Positions 37,994-49,122 of a stretch of 64,000 nt of DNA are shown here, piece by piece. Where the stretch lies: assembly GCF_037042905.1 (NCBI RefSeq), contig NC_087251.1, positions 45,758,001 through 45,822,000 on the forward strand, given 5' to 3'. This DNA is from Lytechinus pictus. Its lineage: Eukaryota. Under the pieces are notes generated by a model, which was given only the letters and a program-made list of their open reading frames with translations, had not been told where the DNA came from and did no database searches. Made by a program: the position numbers and the translations under genes. Position 1 is the stretch's first letter; each line of letters opens with the position of its first letter.

Positions 37994-40381
37994 AGAACTC
38001 CTAATACATGTTATCACCATTCACCAGTAGAGTGGGGGAAATAGGGATTTCATATATGGTCTCCATATATGAAATGTATCTCTTTCTGGCAATTAAAGAA
38101 AAGTAAACATGTGTTCAATTGGAAATCCTGGTTTCTCTACCAGGAAGCGTAAGAGGAAAAAGACCAAAGGCTCTCTGTATTTCCCCTCCGACTTCCCTTG
38201 TCTTCAATTACAGTTTTATGATGTTGATAACAGTCATTATACATGTGGAAATGCAAGAAGCATATATGAATATATATGGAGAAATTCAGCAGTACATGTA
38301 CATGTAAGTAGGCCTAATATTGCAATGGCTGCAATAACAACATTGTATTGATATTGTTGATTTCTGTTTTCATATTGAATCAAACTTTGAAAACATTGAC
38401 ATTTTCAATTTGGATGCTTACAAATTAAAACTACAGTTCGATACTAGTCTCATTTTCAATGTTTAAATTAATTTGATGTCGGGAGGACTTTACATGTAAC
38501 ATGTATCTGATTGACGCATGCCTGCAACCAGCCATAACACACAGTAAAACACGAATCCCCAAAAGCTATCAAAATGAAGGCAAGAATCCCATAAAGAAAG
38601 AACACTTTTCAAATCAAATACTTTTCAAAACAATAATAAATGAGTGATCATGCAAGGAAGTTTGAAATCATACAAAATGAAATCCACAACAAATACTGCA
38701 GGACCTTCTGCAGAGCACATAAGAGCGCTTACTGTTGGACAAATTGAAACTTTACAATTGTGTTATTATTCAAACATTTTGTTTTAAGCTACAACACTCT
38801 GCTTAAAAGTATGAATCCTAAGTCACTGTCTCTTGAGACTGTTTTTCACTGGAGATAGGCCTACTATACATGTAGTTTGTTAGGCCTGTGCCAGCCAGCA
38901 AACCCACCCCCCCCCCCAATATATTCCAACTGCTTTAAATATGTATGTAATAACAAACAGGACTTAATCTGGTTTCACACAACCACTTGATCATTGCCTG
39001 TTACGTAATATACTAAGTGGGGGACCTATTCATGTTTACACTTTGCATCTCCCCCAGGATTACAGGTATACTTTGTCATGCTAATAAGCTCCTCTCTACA
39101 AAAGACAGTTTTGTTTACATTAAGTATTGAATATTGAGTGGTGTCCTTCCAGGGCCAGGGGGGAAACTGTTTTCTGGAAGTTTGTTATGACTGGCCTTTG
39201 CTTTGCATCCTTTTAAATCAATCAATTTTCTTCGCAAAGCATGAATGGAACTTGCAGTTTTGCTTCTGTTAATGTCCAGTGAATTTAAATTCAGCCTGTA
39301 TGAAGAGAAACTTTAAGACTTTTGGTTTGACATTGGAAGTGTCTCAGTTCCTCTTCACACAGGTCAACACAATAACAAAAATTATGAAGACATGTTGAAA
39401 AAAAATTAAACCCGTGCTGTGTGAAGACAATTACATGCTTGTAATCTGACAGAAAATGAATATTCAATTCATGTTTTGTTAATATGCAATATAGAGGCTT
39501 CAAGAGATATTGAAAACATAGATTTCTATTTGTGTACATTTCAGAAATAAATGACAAAATATTTTGAATTGTCCTGAGATTATACAACTTAAGTTATTAT
39601 AATATAGCTAAAGAGGGAGTTGTTTTTTCTTTAGATATTCATCTATATGATCCCAATTACCAAATCATGATTCCAATTTCTTTTCCATAAAAAAAGAAAG
39701 AGATAAACATCGCCATCCAGTCTCTTCACTGCAAGAGTAGAGTCATGATAGGCTAGCGAAGATGAGGTTTTTTCGTTCGTATATGAATAGGCATGACATC
39801 ACAATGTAGGCCTAGGGCCTACCCTTTTTTGCTATTTTTGGACAGGCTGGTGCTGATGCTGGATGTCAATTTTTTTACCCCATGCCTTGCCCTTGGACTT
39901 GGCTTGAATTCTTGGAAACAAAATTAAGGATGTTGTTTTTCAAGACAAGAGTAGGCTAATTACAGGGCAGGGGAAAAAAAAGAAGAATGGCATGCAAATG
40001 CACAGTGTAAACTTTGTCTTTTCCTCGATATTATACTGATACTATGATAGTTTCAGTTTGCCATTATACCAGCAAAAAGATGTCCTTCTAAGCTCCTAGA
40101 GGAAGTTATTACAGAACTGGGCTGGGGCTGTATCTTGATGTATTTTTAGCACACAAGCACACAAAAAAAGCGTCAAGAGTACAAGAGAAATCACGCTTCA
40201 TGTCAGTAATGCGCTAAATGATTTTAAAGATAAGTCTTTTATTTGTTCAATACAATTTTTCCAGTCGAGTTGATGATTGGTTGATAAAACTAAAACAAAA
40301 GAAGGCGTTCCTGAGATCGTAGATTGTAGGGACGTCTAAAAACTCTAAAGTATGAGTGTCTAATGACAATGTTTATGTTAA

Positions 40382-40986
40382 AGGGGAATCCAACCCAAAT
40401 AAAAACATGTTTTTATAAGGAAAAGAAAAATCAGACAAGTTGATAGGTGAAAGTTTGAACAATACTGGACAAACAACAAGAAAGTTATGAATTTTAAAAA
40501 GTTGTAAATATTGGTAATCACTATACCCATGGAGACTTCAAATTGGCCGCATATGGGATGTCATAGTGATGTAGGGCAAGGACTACTCTTCCATGTACTC
40601 CAATACATATTATGGCTAAAATGTCATTTTTCCCAAAAGTTTTATTTCAATTTATATTTTTCTTTCATGAGGACATAAAACAATATACTACCCGGGTTAT
40701 ATTTAGATTACTGCCCCAGGGGAATGGGTACTTAGGAGAAAACCACTAATCCCTGATAATAAAGTACATGGCCTATGGGAAAGTTGTCCTTGCCCCTGGC
40801 CTTGTCATAATTTACTTACCCAGTTGCCAATTTGGAATCTACATAGTATTAGTGATCTCAGTTTTAAAGCAGCTATAACTTTCTTATTGCTTGTCTGATT
40901 TCTTTCAAACTTTCACCATTCTGTTTAATTTATTTTTCTCCTTCCCCACACAACATTTTATGACCAAGGCAAGGCTGGATTCCACT
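40382..40986. mobile_element. TTAA-flanked palindromic non-autonomous element
   Basis: TTAA|AGGGGAATCCAACC ... GGCTGGATTCCACT|TTAA with inverted arms. Confidence 0.75.
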
Positions 40987-41109
40987 TTAAATACACAGAT
41001 AAGACAATTTTCAGAATACAGATTTGAGATGACAGCATTAGTAGCCATTATCTTGCTGAGGTAATATTTATGTTAAAAGAAAATAAGACAAATTTTAGAA
41101 TACCACCAA

Positions 41110-41710
41110 GCCTGGGTCCGAGATATTGAGTTGAACTCCAATGCCGCGGCCGCGCCGGAAAGTCCATTCCTGAGCCAAGCTGCGCTGGGCCTGGGCCGGG
41201 CTCCCAGCCTGCCAGCGCTGGGTAATCATCACCACACATTTCAGGCTCCAACCGGCCGATATGGGCGGGCCCCATACACCGTACCCGGTACACTCACACG
41301 TAAAGTCTCGGACTCGAACGAGATGAGCCGAGCCTGAGCTGGAAATTGAAACCTAACAAAATAAATATGAAAGAAATTCCTTGCCTTGAATTGTAAATCT
41401 CCAACCTGCAGTATGTATCGACGATGACGACGGACCGTTTTCAGTCTTGTTCTGAGCTATTGTAAAGATGTTTTCAACTCTTTCGACGACCGTGAGAGAA
41501 ACACACCGCACTTTCCGAGCTGATCGATACTGTTTCTCTGGAGCAAGCTGTGCATATGCATGCTGCATATGCGCTATGCATAATTGCTCGAAGATCGAGC
41601 AAAATGCGCATGCCCAAATTACTTGTTTACATTTTGATCTCTGTTTCACGTGCACTCGAGTGCACCGAGCTGAGGGCTCGGACGGTCGACGGGTCTCGAA
41701 TACTAGTAAT
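41110..41710 (-). promoter_or_regulatory. CpG-rich promoter and putative non-coding first exon of the FRMD8-like gene
   Basis: Abrupt GC/CpG-rich segment upstream of the first coding exon. NRF-1/P3A2-like TGCGCATGCCCA at 41605-41616, E-box CACGTG at 41647-41652. Candidate minus-strand donors near 41405 (GT) or 41385 (GC). TSS not determinable. Confidence 0.55.
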
Positions 41711-42164
41711 AAACTTGAAAACTTTTACCCATATTGAAAAAAAAAGAATACTTTCCATCCCTATTCAGTTGTATCGGATGTCTGCTGATAATTGATTCAT
41801 TGACTGGTTAGGCATATGATACCGAATAATATATAGCACATATGATAATGATAAATATCACGTCTCTGTGCGCTTTACGACAGAAGAAAAGAAATAAATT
41901 TCTTATTTTGTAGACAAAAATAAAATAAAAGAAAGTAAGAAAAGCATGTTTACAGAGGAGCAAATATAGAATAAAATAGGTATATCTTATTTTACCGAAA
42001 GTAATTTCAGCAGATGACATTTTGAAAGAACAAGAGACCAAGATATCAAGTTTCGGAATTACCTATTGGTATGTTGTTACATAGCATAAAAGCCTGTTGA
42101 TATCTGGACGGAATAGCTCTATGCAGGTATTCTTTGGTACCTTAACTTTTTATCTAAATCCCCA

Positions 42165-42252
42165 TGATCATAATCACAACCATAATCATGATCATCAATC
42201 AACTTCATCATATTCATCATCATATTCATCATCATAATCATCATCATCGCCG

Positions 42253-42283
<31 letters not shown>
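42165..42283. repeat. (CAT)n microsatellite
   Basis: Direct reading. Confidence 0.9.
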
Positions 42284-42607
42284 ATTTTTCTTTTCATTTT
42301 CACTTTCGATTGTTTTTATCATTGTTGTGATTATTAACAATGAGTTGAAAGCTGAGTATAACGAAGCTTTACAATTTTATGCTGTCACCCAATCATCATC
42401 ATCATCGTAAAGCATTAAAAATGCCACAATTTTTCTTTCTTATAGTGCTAGCTCACAAATTAAGTCTGTTTATTTTCGCGTTTTATATGTGATCACCAAT
42501 TATCAATCTCGGCCTTGAATGGACCGAAGTGCATGCTACTTTCTCAATCATCATCATAGGCCCGCCCCTCCTCAACACTATCATCATCATCTGCATTCTG
42601 CAGCAGT

Positions 42608-42680
42608 ATCATCATCACCACCACCGGGCACCACCACCACCACAATTACCATCATCATTATCATCATCACCACCACCACC

Positions 42681-42726
<46 letters not shown>

Positions 42727-42896
42727 CCACCACCACCACCACCACCATCGTCATCATCATCATCATCATCACCACCACCATCATCATCATTATCATCATC
42801 ATCATCACCACCACCACCACCATCATCATCATCATTATCATCATCACCACCACCACCACCACCACCATCATCATTATCATCATCACCACCACCACC

Positions 42897-42927
<31 letters not shown>

Positions 42928-42935
42928 CCACCACC

Positions 42936-42968
<33 letters not shown>

Positions 42969-43006
42969 CCCACCCCCACCACCACCACCACCATCATCAT
43001 CATCAC
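42608..43006. repeat. Compound (CAC)n/(CAT)n microsatellite
   Basis: Alternating CAC and CAT blocks; all overlapping ORFs are homopolymeric. Confidence 0.95.
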
Positions 43007-43029
43007 CTTGATCACCTTTGTAAATTGCT

Positions 43030-43500
43030 CTCAAGAAATCTTGGAGTCATTAATAAACTTAAACCTCATTTTCCGCATCACATTTTGAAATTATTGTATT
43101 CTACTCTATTGTTACCATATCTGAATAATGGAATTTTAGCCTGGGGAAATGCCTCTAAGACAACTTGAATCCATACTTAAAATTAAAAAAAAGAGCCGTG
43201 AGGATAATTTCTTCTTCTGACTTTCTGGCTCATACTAATCCGCTATTTTATTCAAACAAGTTATTGAAAGTAACCGATTTATATTATAATCTTGTTGGTA
43301 TATTTATGTATCAACTAAATAAACAGGGTTTACCGAGTGTATTCTCTGATTTCTTTTTCAAAATCAAGAAATCCATTCCTACCCAACTCGACAAGTACAT
43401 TTATTTAGACACCCATATAATTCAGGCGCCCTCTTTATATTCTTTTAAATGTAGGCTGAAATATTTCTTTTTACAATCGTACGCTAGTGGGTAAGCGCCT
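43030..43500 (+). mobile_element. CR1/Crack-type LINE remnant
   Basis: LLPYLNNGILAWGNA and KKRAVRIISSSDFLAHTNPLF..LLKVTDLY resemble a LINE ORF2 C-terminus; frameshifted. Confidence 0.72.
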
Positions 43501-43639
43501 TGCTCGAGCGATTATCATGTAGAACTCTTTATAATGTATCGATTATTTTTCATTTGATTTATCTCGCTTCATTGCTTTAGGAGTTTTTAATCCTTAATTA
43601 TTTTCTTCTGGGAACCTATATGTCTACAAGCTTTCAGAA

Positions 43640-43905
43640 GCGGATCTAGAGGGGGGGTTGGGGGGTTGCAACCCCCCCAAAAAAAAAAAATCCGGGGACC
43701 ATTTTTTTAAATCTTATCTTTTTTAGATGCAAGAAAACGCCATTTTCACACACAGATTTTCAAAATTTTTCCCTACTGTGGGAGGGGGGACACCCCCCTC
43801 CCACACCCTCCCCCCTCGCTCGCTCCGCTCGCTTGGACTCGGTCGCTACGCTCCCTCGCATACCACCCCAACCCCCCCTTTATAAAAAGCTGGATCCGCC
43901 CCTGG
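43640..43905. mobile_element. GC-rich MITE with GCGGATC / GGATCCGCCCCTG ends
   Basis: Inverted termini and G/C runs; inserted in a LINE 3'UTR-like region. Confidence 0.65.
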
Positions 43906-44029
43906 GCTTTGCTTTTTAATAGGTTCTTCATATTTCACGATATTGTATTTCTTTGTAAAACACTACTTTTTTTGTCATGTTATGATTATGTTCAAGATGT
44001 ATGTTTTTGTGGAATGTGAAGCAATAAAA

Positions 44030-44126
44030 ATCAATCAATCAATCAATCATCATCATCAACTTCATCATCATCATCATCATCACCACCACTACCACAACCA
44101 TCATCATCCTCATCTTCATCATCATC

Positions 44127-44157
<31 letters not shown>

Positions 44158-44162
44158 ACATC

Positions 44163-44194
<32 letters not shown>

Positions 44195-44207
44195 CATCGT
44201 CACCATC

Positions 44208-44238
<31 letters not shown>

Positions 44239-44260
44239 CCACCACCACCACCATCATCAT
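44030..44260. repeat. (ATCA)n followed by (CAT/CAC)n microsatellite
   Basis: Direct reading. Confidence 0.93.
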
Positions 44261-44379
44261 CGGTAGTGTCTTTGGTCAAAGTTACAGGGAAGACGAGCAT
44301 GACTTCCCGCATGATGGCGCTATCATAAATTACACAATCCGGCAGATTACCAACGAAAATAATGTACAGTTTACTACAG

Positions 44380-44537
44380 GGTCTCGTTTCACAAAGACTT
44401 ATAATAGTAAACAAAATAAAATAAAAAATCACAGTATCTAAAAAAAAGTACTACCAGCCAATAAAGTGAATGACTTCAGTAGCTTTGAACTGTATTTCGA
44501 ATTTGTTATTTTAACAATTTTTTATGAAAAGGGCCCC
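44380..44537. mobile_element. Degenerate MITE
   Basis: gggtctcgtttcacaaa / tttatgaaaagggcccc. Confidence 0.55.
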
Positions 44538-44715
44538 TGATCTACCAACACCCCCCTCATCATTATTCTGATTTATTTTTAAGTTATGCTTGCTTGATTT
44601 TTTTTCTTCAATTCAATAAAATTACTCTTTGTTGGGGTGGACTTGTTCTTTAAAAGACATTTCATTCACTGAGCTATGAGAGTATGGTAACAATGAATCA
44701 TTTAGGGGCGCACTG

Positions 44716-46290
44716 CAGGGGCGGATCCAGCTTTCGCCAATAGAGGGGAATGTTTTTCACCCACATTTTCCCCTGTCAGCCGCTCAAAATTGACTTTTGC
44801 TGGTTTCTTATAGAAGGCCTAGTCCTATAACAGTCACTATAGCTTCATTCTTTTAACACAAGATTGATATATAATAATCTCATAAGCCCTATTTAAATAG
44901 TGCGAGCGCTAAGCGCGAGCTAAACTTCTTGGAAATTTCATGTATTTTGTCCTGAAAATTGAACATTCTGGGCAGTGTTTGTGATCCTGAACAAAATGCG
45001 TATGTAAAAGTTATATTATACGTTCTAACCTGATCGAAAAGGGATCTGTTAAGGACTGTTTGTAGTTAGCCATGAAGACAATACATATTTCAACAATCAA
45101 ATAATGCGAGCGCGAAGCGCGAGCTGAATAAAAAAAAAAAACGTTTTGACCTAAAAAATGCAATTCTCAGCACTTTTTGTAATCATGAACAGGATATGTA
45201 TATAAATAAACAATTGATGTGAGCGCGAAGCGCGAGGGAAAAAATGAGATTTTGACCTAAAAACGGGACACTCTATCCATGCTTTGTAAATGATGAAAAC
45301 TGGGCAATTTGGTATCTTCTTACATATATAATGTGAGCGCGAAGGTCGAGCAGAAAATTGTTGATATTCTGATCTGGAACTGAATAACTTTAGCACGTTT
45401 TTTTAATAAACAAGCTGCGTATCTCAATAAACATGCGTGCGCGTGTTCTAGATTTAGACCTAGAATCTACGTTTTCTAAAAACATTTTTTCTTATCATAA
45501 AATCAATAATGCGAGCACGAAGCACGAACTGAAAATATTTGATATTCCGATCTAAAAAAGGGTCAATTTAAGCACTATTTCAAGCACTGTGTAGGAAAAT
45601 TGTGAAGTGGAAACGGATCGCACTTGATAAATGATGCGACATTGATTGATTGATTGATAACGAATTTATTTCATTCCATAATTTCAACAAAGACATTCTG
45701 AGAACATTCGTCATCATATGAAAATGATGACTATCTTCCTATTCCTCTTCATATAAGCGCGAGATGAAACTTATCGATATTCCATTCTGAAAAAATTGAC
45801 ACTTTGATTATCATAGGAATTAAATAAAAATGTTTTTATCTATTTTTATTAATCTAATAAGCATAATTAGAGCACGAAAATTATCAAGGCCTGAAAACTG
45901 GACATTTTAAGCATATTTTTTTAATTATAAATAGTATATCCATGGGTAAATATATTTTAAAAATTGATGCGAGTGCAAATAACGAGCCGAAAATTTTCAT
46001 AGATAAACTGTCATGAAAAGGGTATTTTAAGAAATTTGTCATAGAATTAATATAGAGGTATACATAACTCAATCAACATGCGAGCTCACAGCGCTAGCTG
46101 ATAATCAGACATGTAAAGAGATATATTTTAGAACTTTATTGAATACACGAAGAGGATAGGTACTTGACAAATCAAATAATGCGAGTGCGCAGCGCGAGCT
46201 AAGATTTTTTTATTCAGACCATAAAACGGACATTTTACAAATAACCTTTGTTATTAAAAAATCAAACAAAATATTGAAAGCTCTGAGCCA
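44716..46290 (+). mobile_element. Non-autonomous DNA element with periodic TGCGAGCGCGAAGCGCGAGC motifs
   Basis: Begins CAGGGGCGGATCCAG; motif recurs near 44901, 45105, 45218, 45332, 45510, 45968, 46079 and 46180. The reverse-complement motif is in the element at 54836. Confidence 0.65.
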
Positions 46291-47178
46291 ACATTAGAGG
46301 GCGCCAATGCCTTCAAGCAGCGTGGAAGATGTTCAATCTCGGGGCTTTAAGAATATCAAAATGACCTCGGCATTTGCTGCATATCTTTTCACCATTTCAT
46401 CCATCAGTGGAAATGCCATGATTGATCAAGAATGAAAAGGAAATTATTTTTTAAAACCTTATTACACAAAGGAAACCCAAACTTATACACCGGGCCCTAT
46501 ATACACGAGTCACGGACGAGTCAATATCATGAGTTTACTTTTACAAGACGCTTTTGATTTTGTAAATCATTGATGCATAATACTTTGAGAGATACATAAC
46601 TTCTTAGATTTTTGTTTTCTTCTTTTGTTTTCTTCTTTTTATATCATTGATTTGTCTACATCAAATCCCGTCTCCTTCACCCCAACACACACTTATAGGA
46701 CTTCACAGCTGACGTACGTGTGATTTAATTACCCCCCCCCCCATGCCAGGTTTGAAATCCAGTCTCTCACACTGATTATTTCCTGTGACATTCCTGCAAT
46801 TGGAAGGCACTGGCAAATATTTTTCTACGTCGGGCAAGCCTCAGGCAAGCTTGGGACTTCCAGACAGCATTGTTTTTATTTTTTAAAGTTATACTATACG
46901 GAAAAAGAATAGTGAAATGAAATCAAACATAATAGTAATGTACGCCACCATTAACCAAGGAGATATATATCCTCGCATGATCGGTCAGTGTTGGTGACGC
47001 TGGACAGATCTAGTCTGCAGGCACAGACCCTGATTGAAATTTTGATCAACAATTAGTGTGTCTCCACGCAAAGACTAGCACACAGTACACAAGGCATGAG
47101 TAGGCTGCAATTCAGACCTTTTACTCGAGTGAATGGTTTGCACAGCAGACTAGGACAGATCTGAACAAAGGGCCGGAG

Positions 47179-47220
47179 TATATATAAAGGTCACGCACGG
47201 GAAATCACGAAGTCATTAGA
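47179..47220 (+). promoter_or_regulatory. TATA box and initiator of the BHMT-like gene
   Basis: TATATATAAAG at 47179-47189; Inr-like TCATT at 47213-47217, about 30 bp downstream. Confidence 0.65.
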
Positions 47221-47336
47221 GAGGAGCACGCCCACCTTAGTTCTATCGCCTCATCTCTAGATCTGTAGCCTCCTTTTTGCAAGGATTCTGCTGTTGATAT
47301 TGTTGTTTGTATATGGACAGTCTGATATAAGATTAT
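47215..47336 (+). other. BHMT: Putative non-coding first exon of the BHMT-like gene
   Basis: Follows TATA/Inr and ends at a consensus gtaagt donor (47337). The next acceptor ttttgcag precedes 48947, 16 nt before the ATG. Confidence 0.6.
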
Positions 47337-47928
47337 GTAAGTACATTATTGCTCATATGCATCTGATCATGAAATATTTTACGTCAAACTGTACGCACTG
47401 TTGTTCAATCCTGAGTTCGGACATAATAATAGACTAACGGGTGAATGAACTTATTGAAACTCTGCGATTCACACTATTTACGAGTCTTATCAGTATTTTG
47501 CCCTGCAGTGGGAGTTGGTTTAACAATCTGTAATAGCTCCATGGTTTAACTACCACTGGGTTTATTATATATATAAACCCCTTTATAAACATACCAGTTT
47601 ATCAACATTGCAAATTTGACGTATACTTTTTGAACAAACGCTGTGCGTTGCAACATGAAAGATTAAGGCTCTGCATTTAAGTAATGTTTACAAACTTCAA
47701 TTCTAACTAGGTTTAATATCCCGTTACTGAAGGTTTTCCGTGAAGAAATATGAATAAATTCGAGTCAACAAATAAATTGCATGAATGTATAGTTAGAAAA
47801 ATGAATAGATTTGTAAAATGGGTGAAATATGAAATGAAAACAGGCCTATTCATTCACTCCCACACTTATCGAGGGATTAAGTATTTTTCTTATTCTTTTT
47901 AATACCATATCTTCCACCGGTGTTTTTT

Positions 47929-48316
<388 letters not shown>

Positions 48317-48317
48317 A

Positions 48318-48511
48318 TAAGACATTAAAAGATGGGAGTTGCTGCTACCCTGTCTGGCGTTCAACGATTAAAGGGATAGACCCCCGTCGATCTGGCGCTG
48401 CACGGCGGCTGCCGGGCCCACGATCAATTGGGCAAAGCAAATTTTCGGAGTATTTCATTTCATGTTTATCTCGAACAATAAAATATGGATTTTCATCATT
48501 TTCATCATTTC
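48318..48511 (+). mobile_element. 5'-truncated SINE, same family as the copy at 55001-55265
   Basis: Near-identical to the reverse complement of about 55010-55185. Confidence 0.85.
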
Positions 48512-48962
48512 ACATATATAATTATAAGGTCTAATTGTAAAAACAAACTTTGTTTGAGAACCCCCCCCCCCCAGTAGTCACTGTCCTCAATTGTGATAAG
48601 GGGGCGTTATCATTTTCCAATGAAACAAACGTGTCAGAGGCTGTCAGACATAGCAGTATAGGCAAGACACCCGATTCCTTGTATTGTAGTTTACTAGTAG
48701 GTGACAGGAATACCCTGTTGCCATGCAGATACTAAGTATGTTCCACACTGGAATCAAGCATGAATAAAGTTATTATTCCCATTATACTTCGACCTGTCTT
48801 GAAATAATGCGTTTTATCAAAAGAAGTCATCACAGCAAATAAAACCAAATATAGTAGCAGACCTTGAGCCTATCTATCTTCCATGAATGTCATAACAAGA
48901 ACGATCGTATAATCAGGGAAGTGTTATAGATTTTGTTATTTTGCAGAGCGAGGACCTAAAAG

Positions 48963-49122
48963 ATGGCTTCATCGAGGTCTTCATCAAGAAAAGGCTTGCT
49001 CGAGAGGTTAGCTGAGGGTCTCGTGGTCGGTGATGGAAGCTTTGTCATGACCCTAGAGAAGAGGGGCTATGTCCTGGCGGGCAACTGGACACCCGAAGCT
49101 TGTGTACAGTACCCTGACGCAG
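48963..49122 (+). CDS. BHMT: BHMT-like coding exon 1 ([27 protein letters not shown]...[12 protein letters not shown])
   Basis: ATG in aagATGG context; G|gttaga donor. Confidence 0.93.

Noticed and set aside
42519..44432. Poly-Pro/Ser, poly-His and poly-Asp/Gly ORFs
   Set aside because: Translations of CAT/CAC microsatellites that are open in most frames.
44890..46210. Repeat-spacer (CRISPR-like) pattern
   Set aside because: The motif is degenerate and irregularly spaced, and sits within a TIR-type element that has a relative at 54836.
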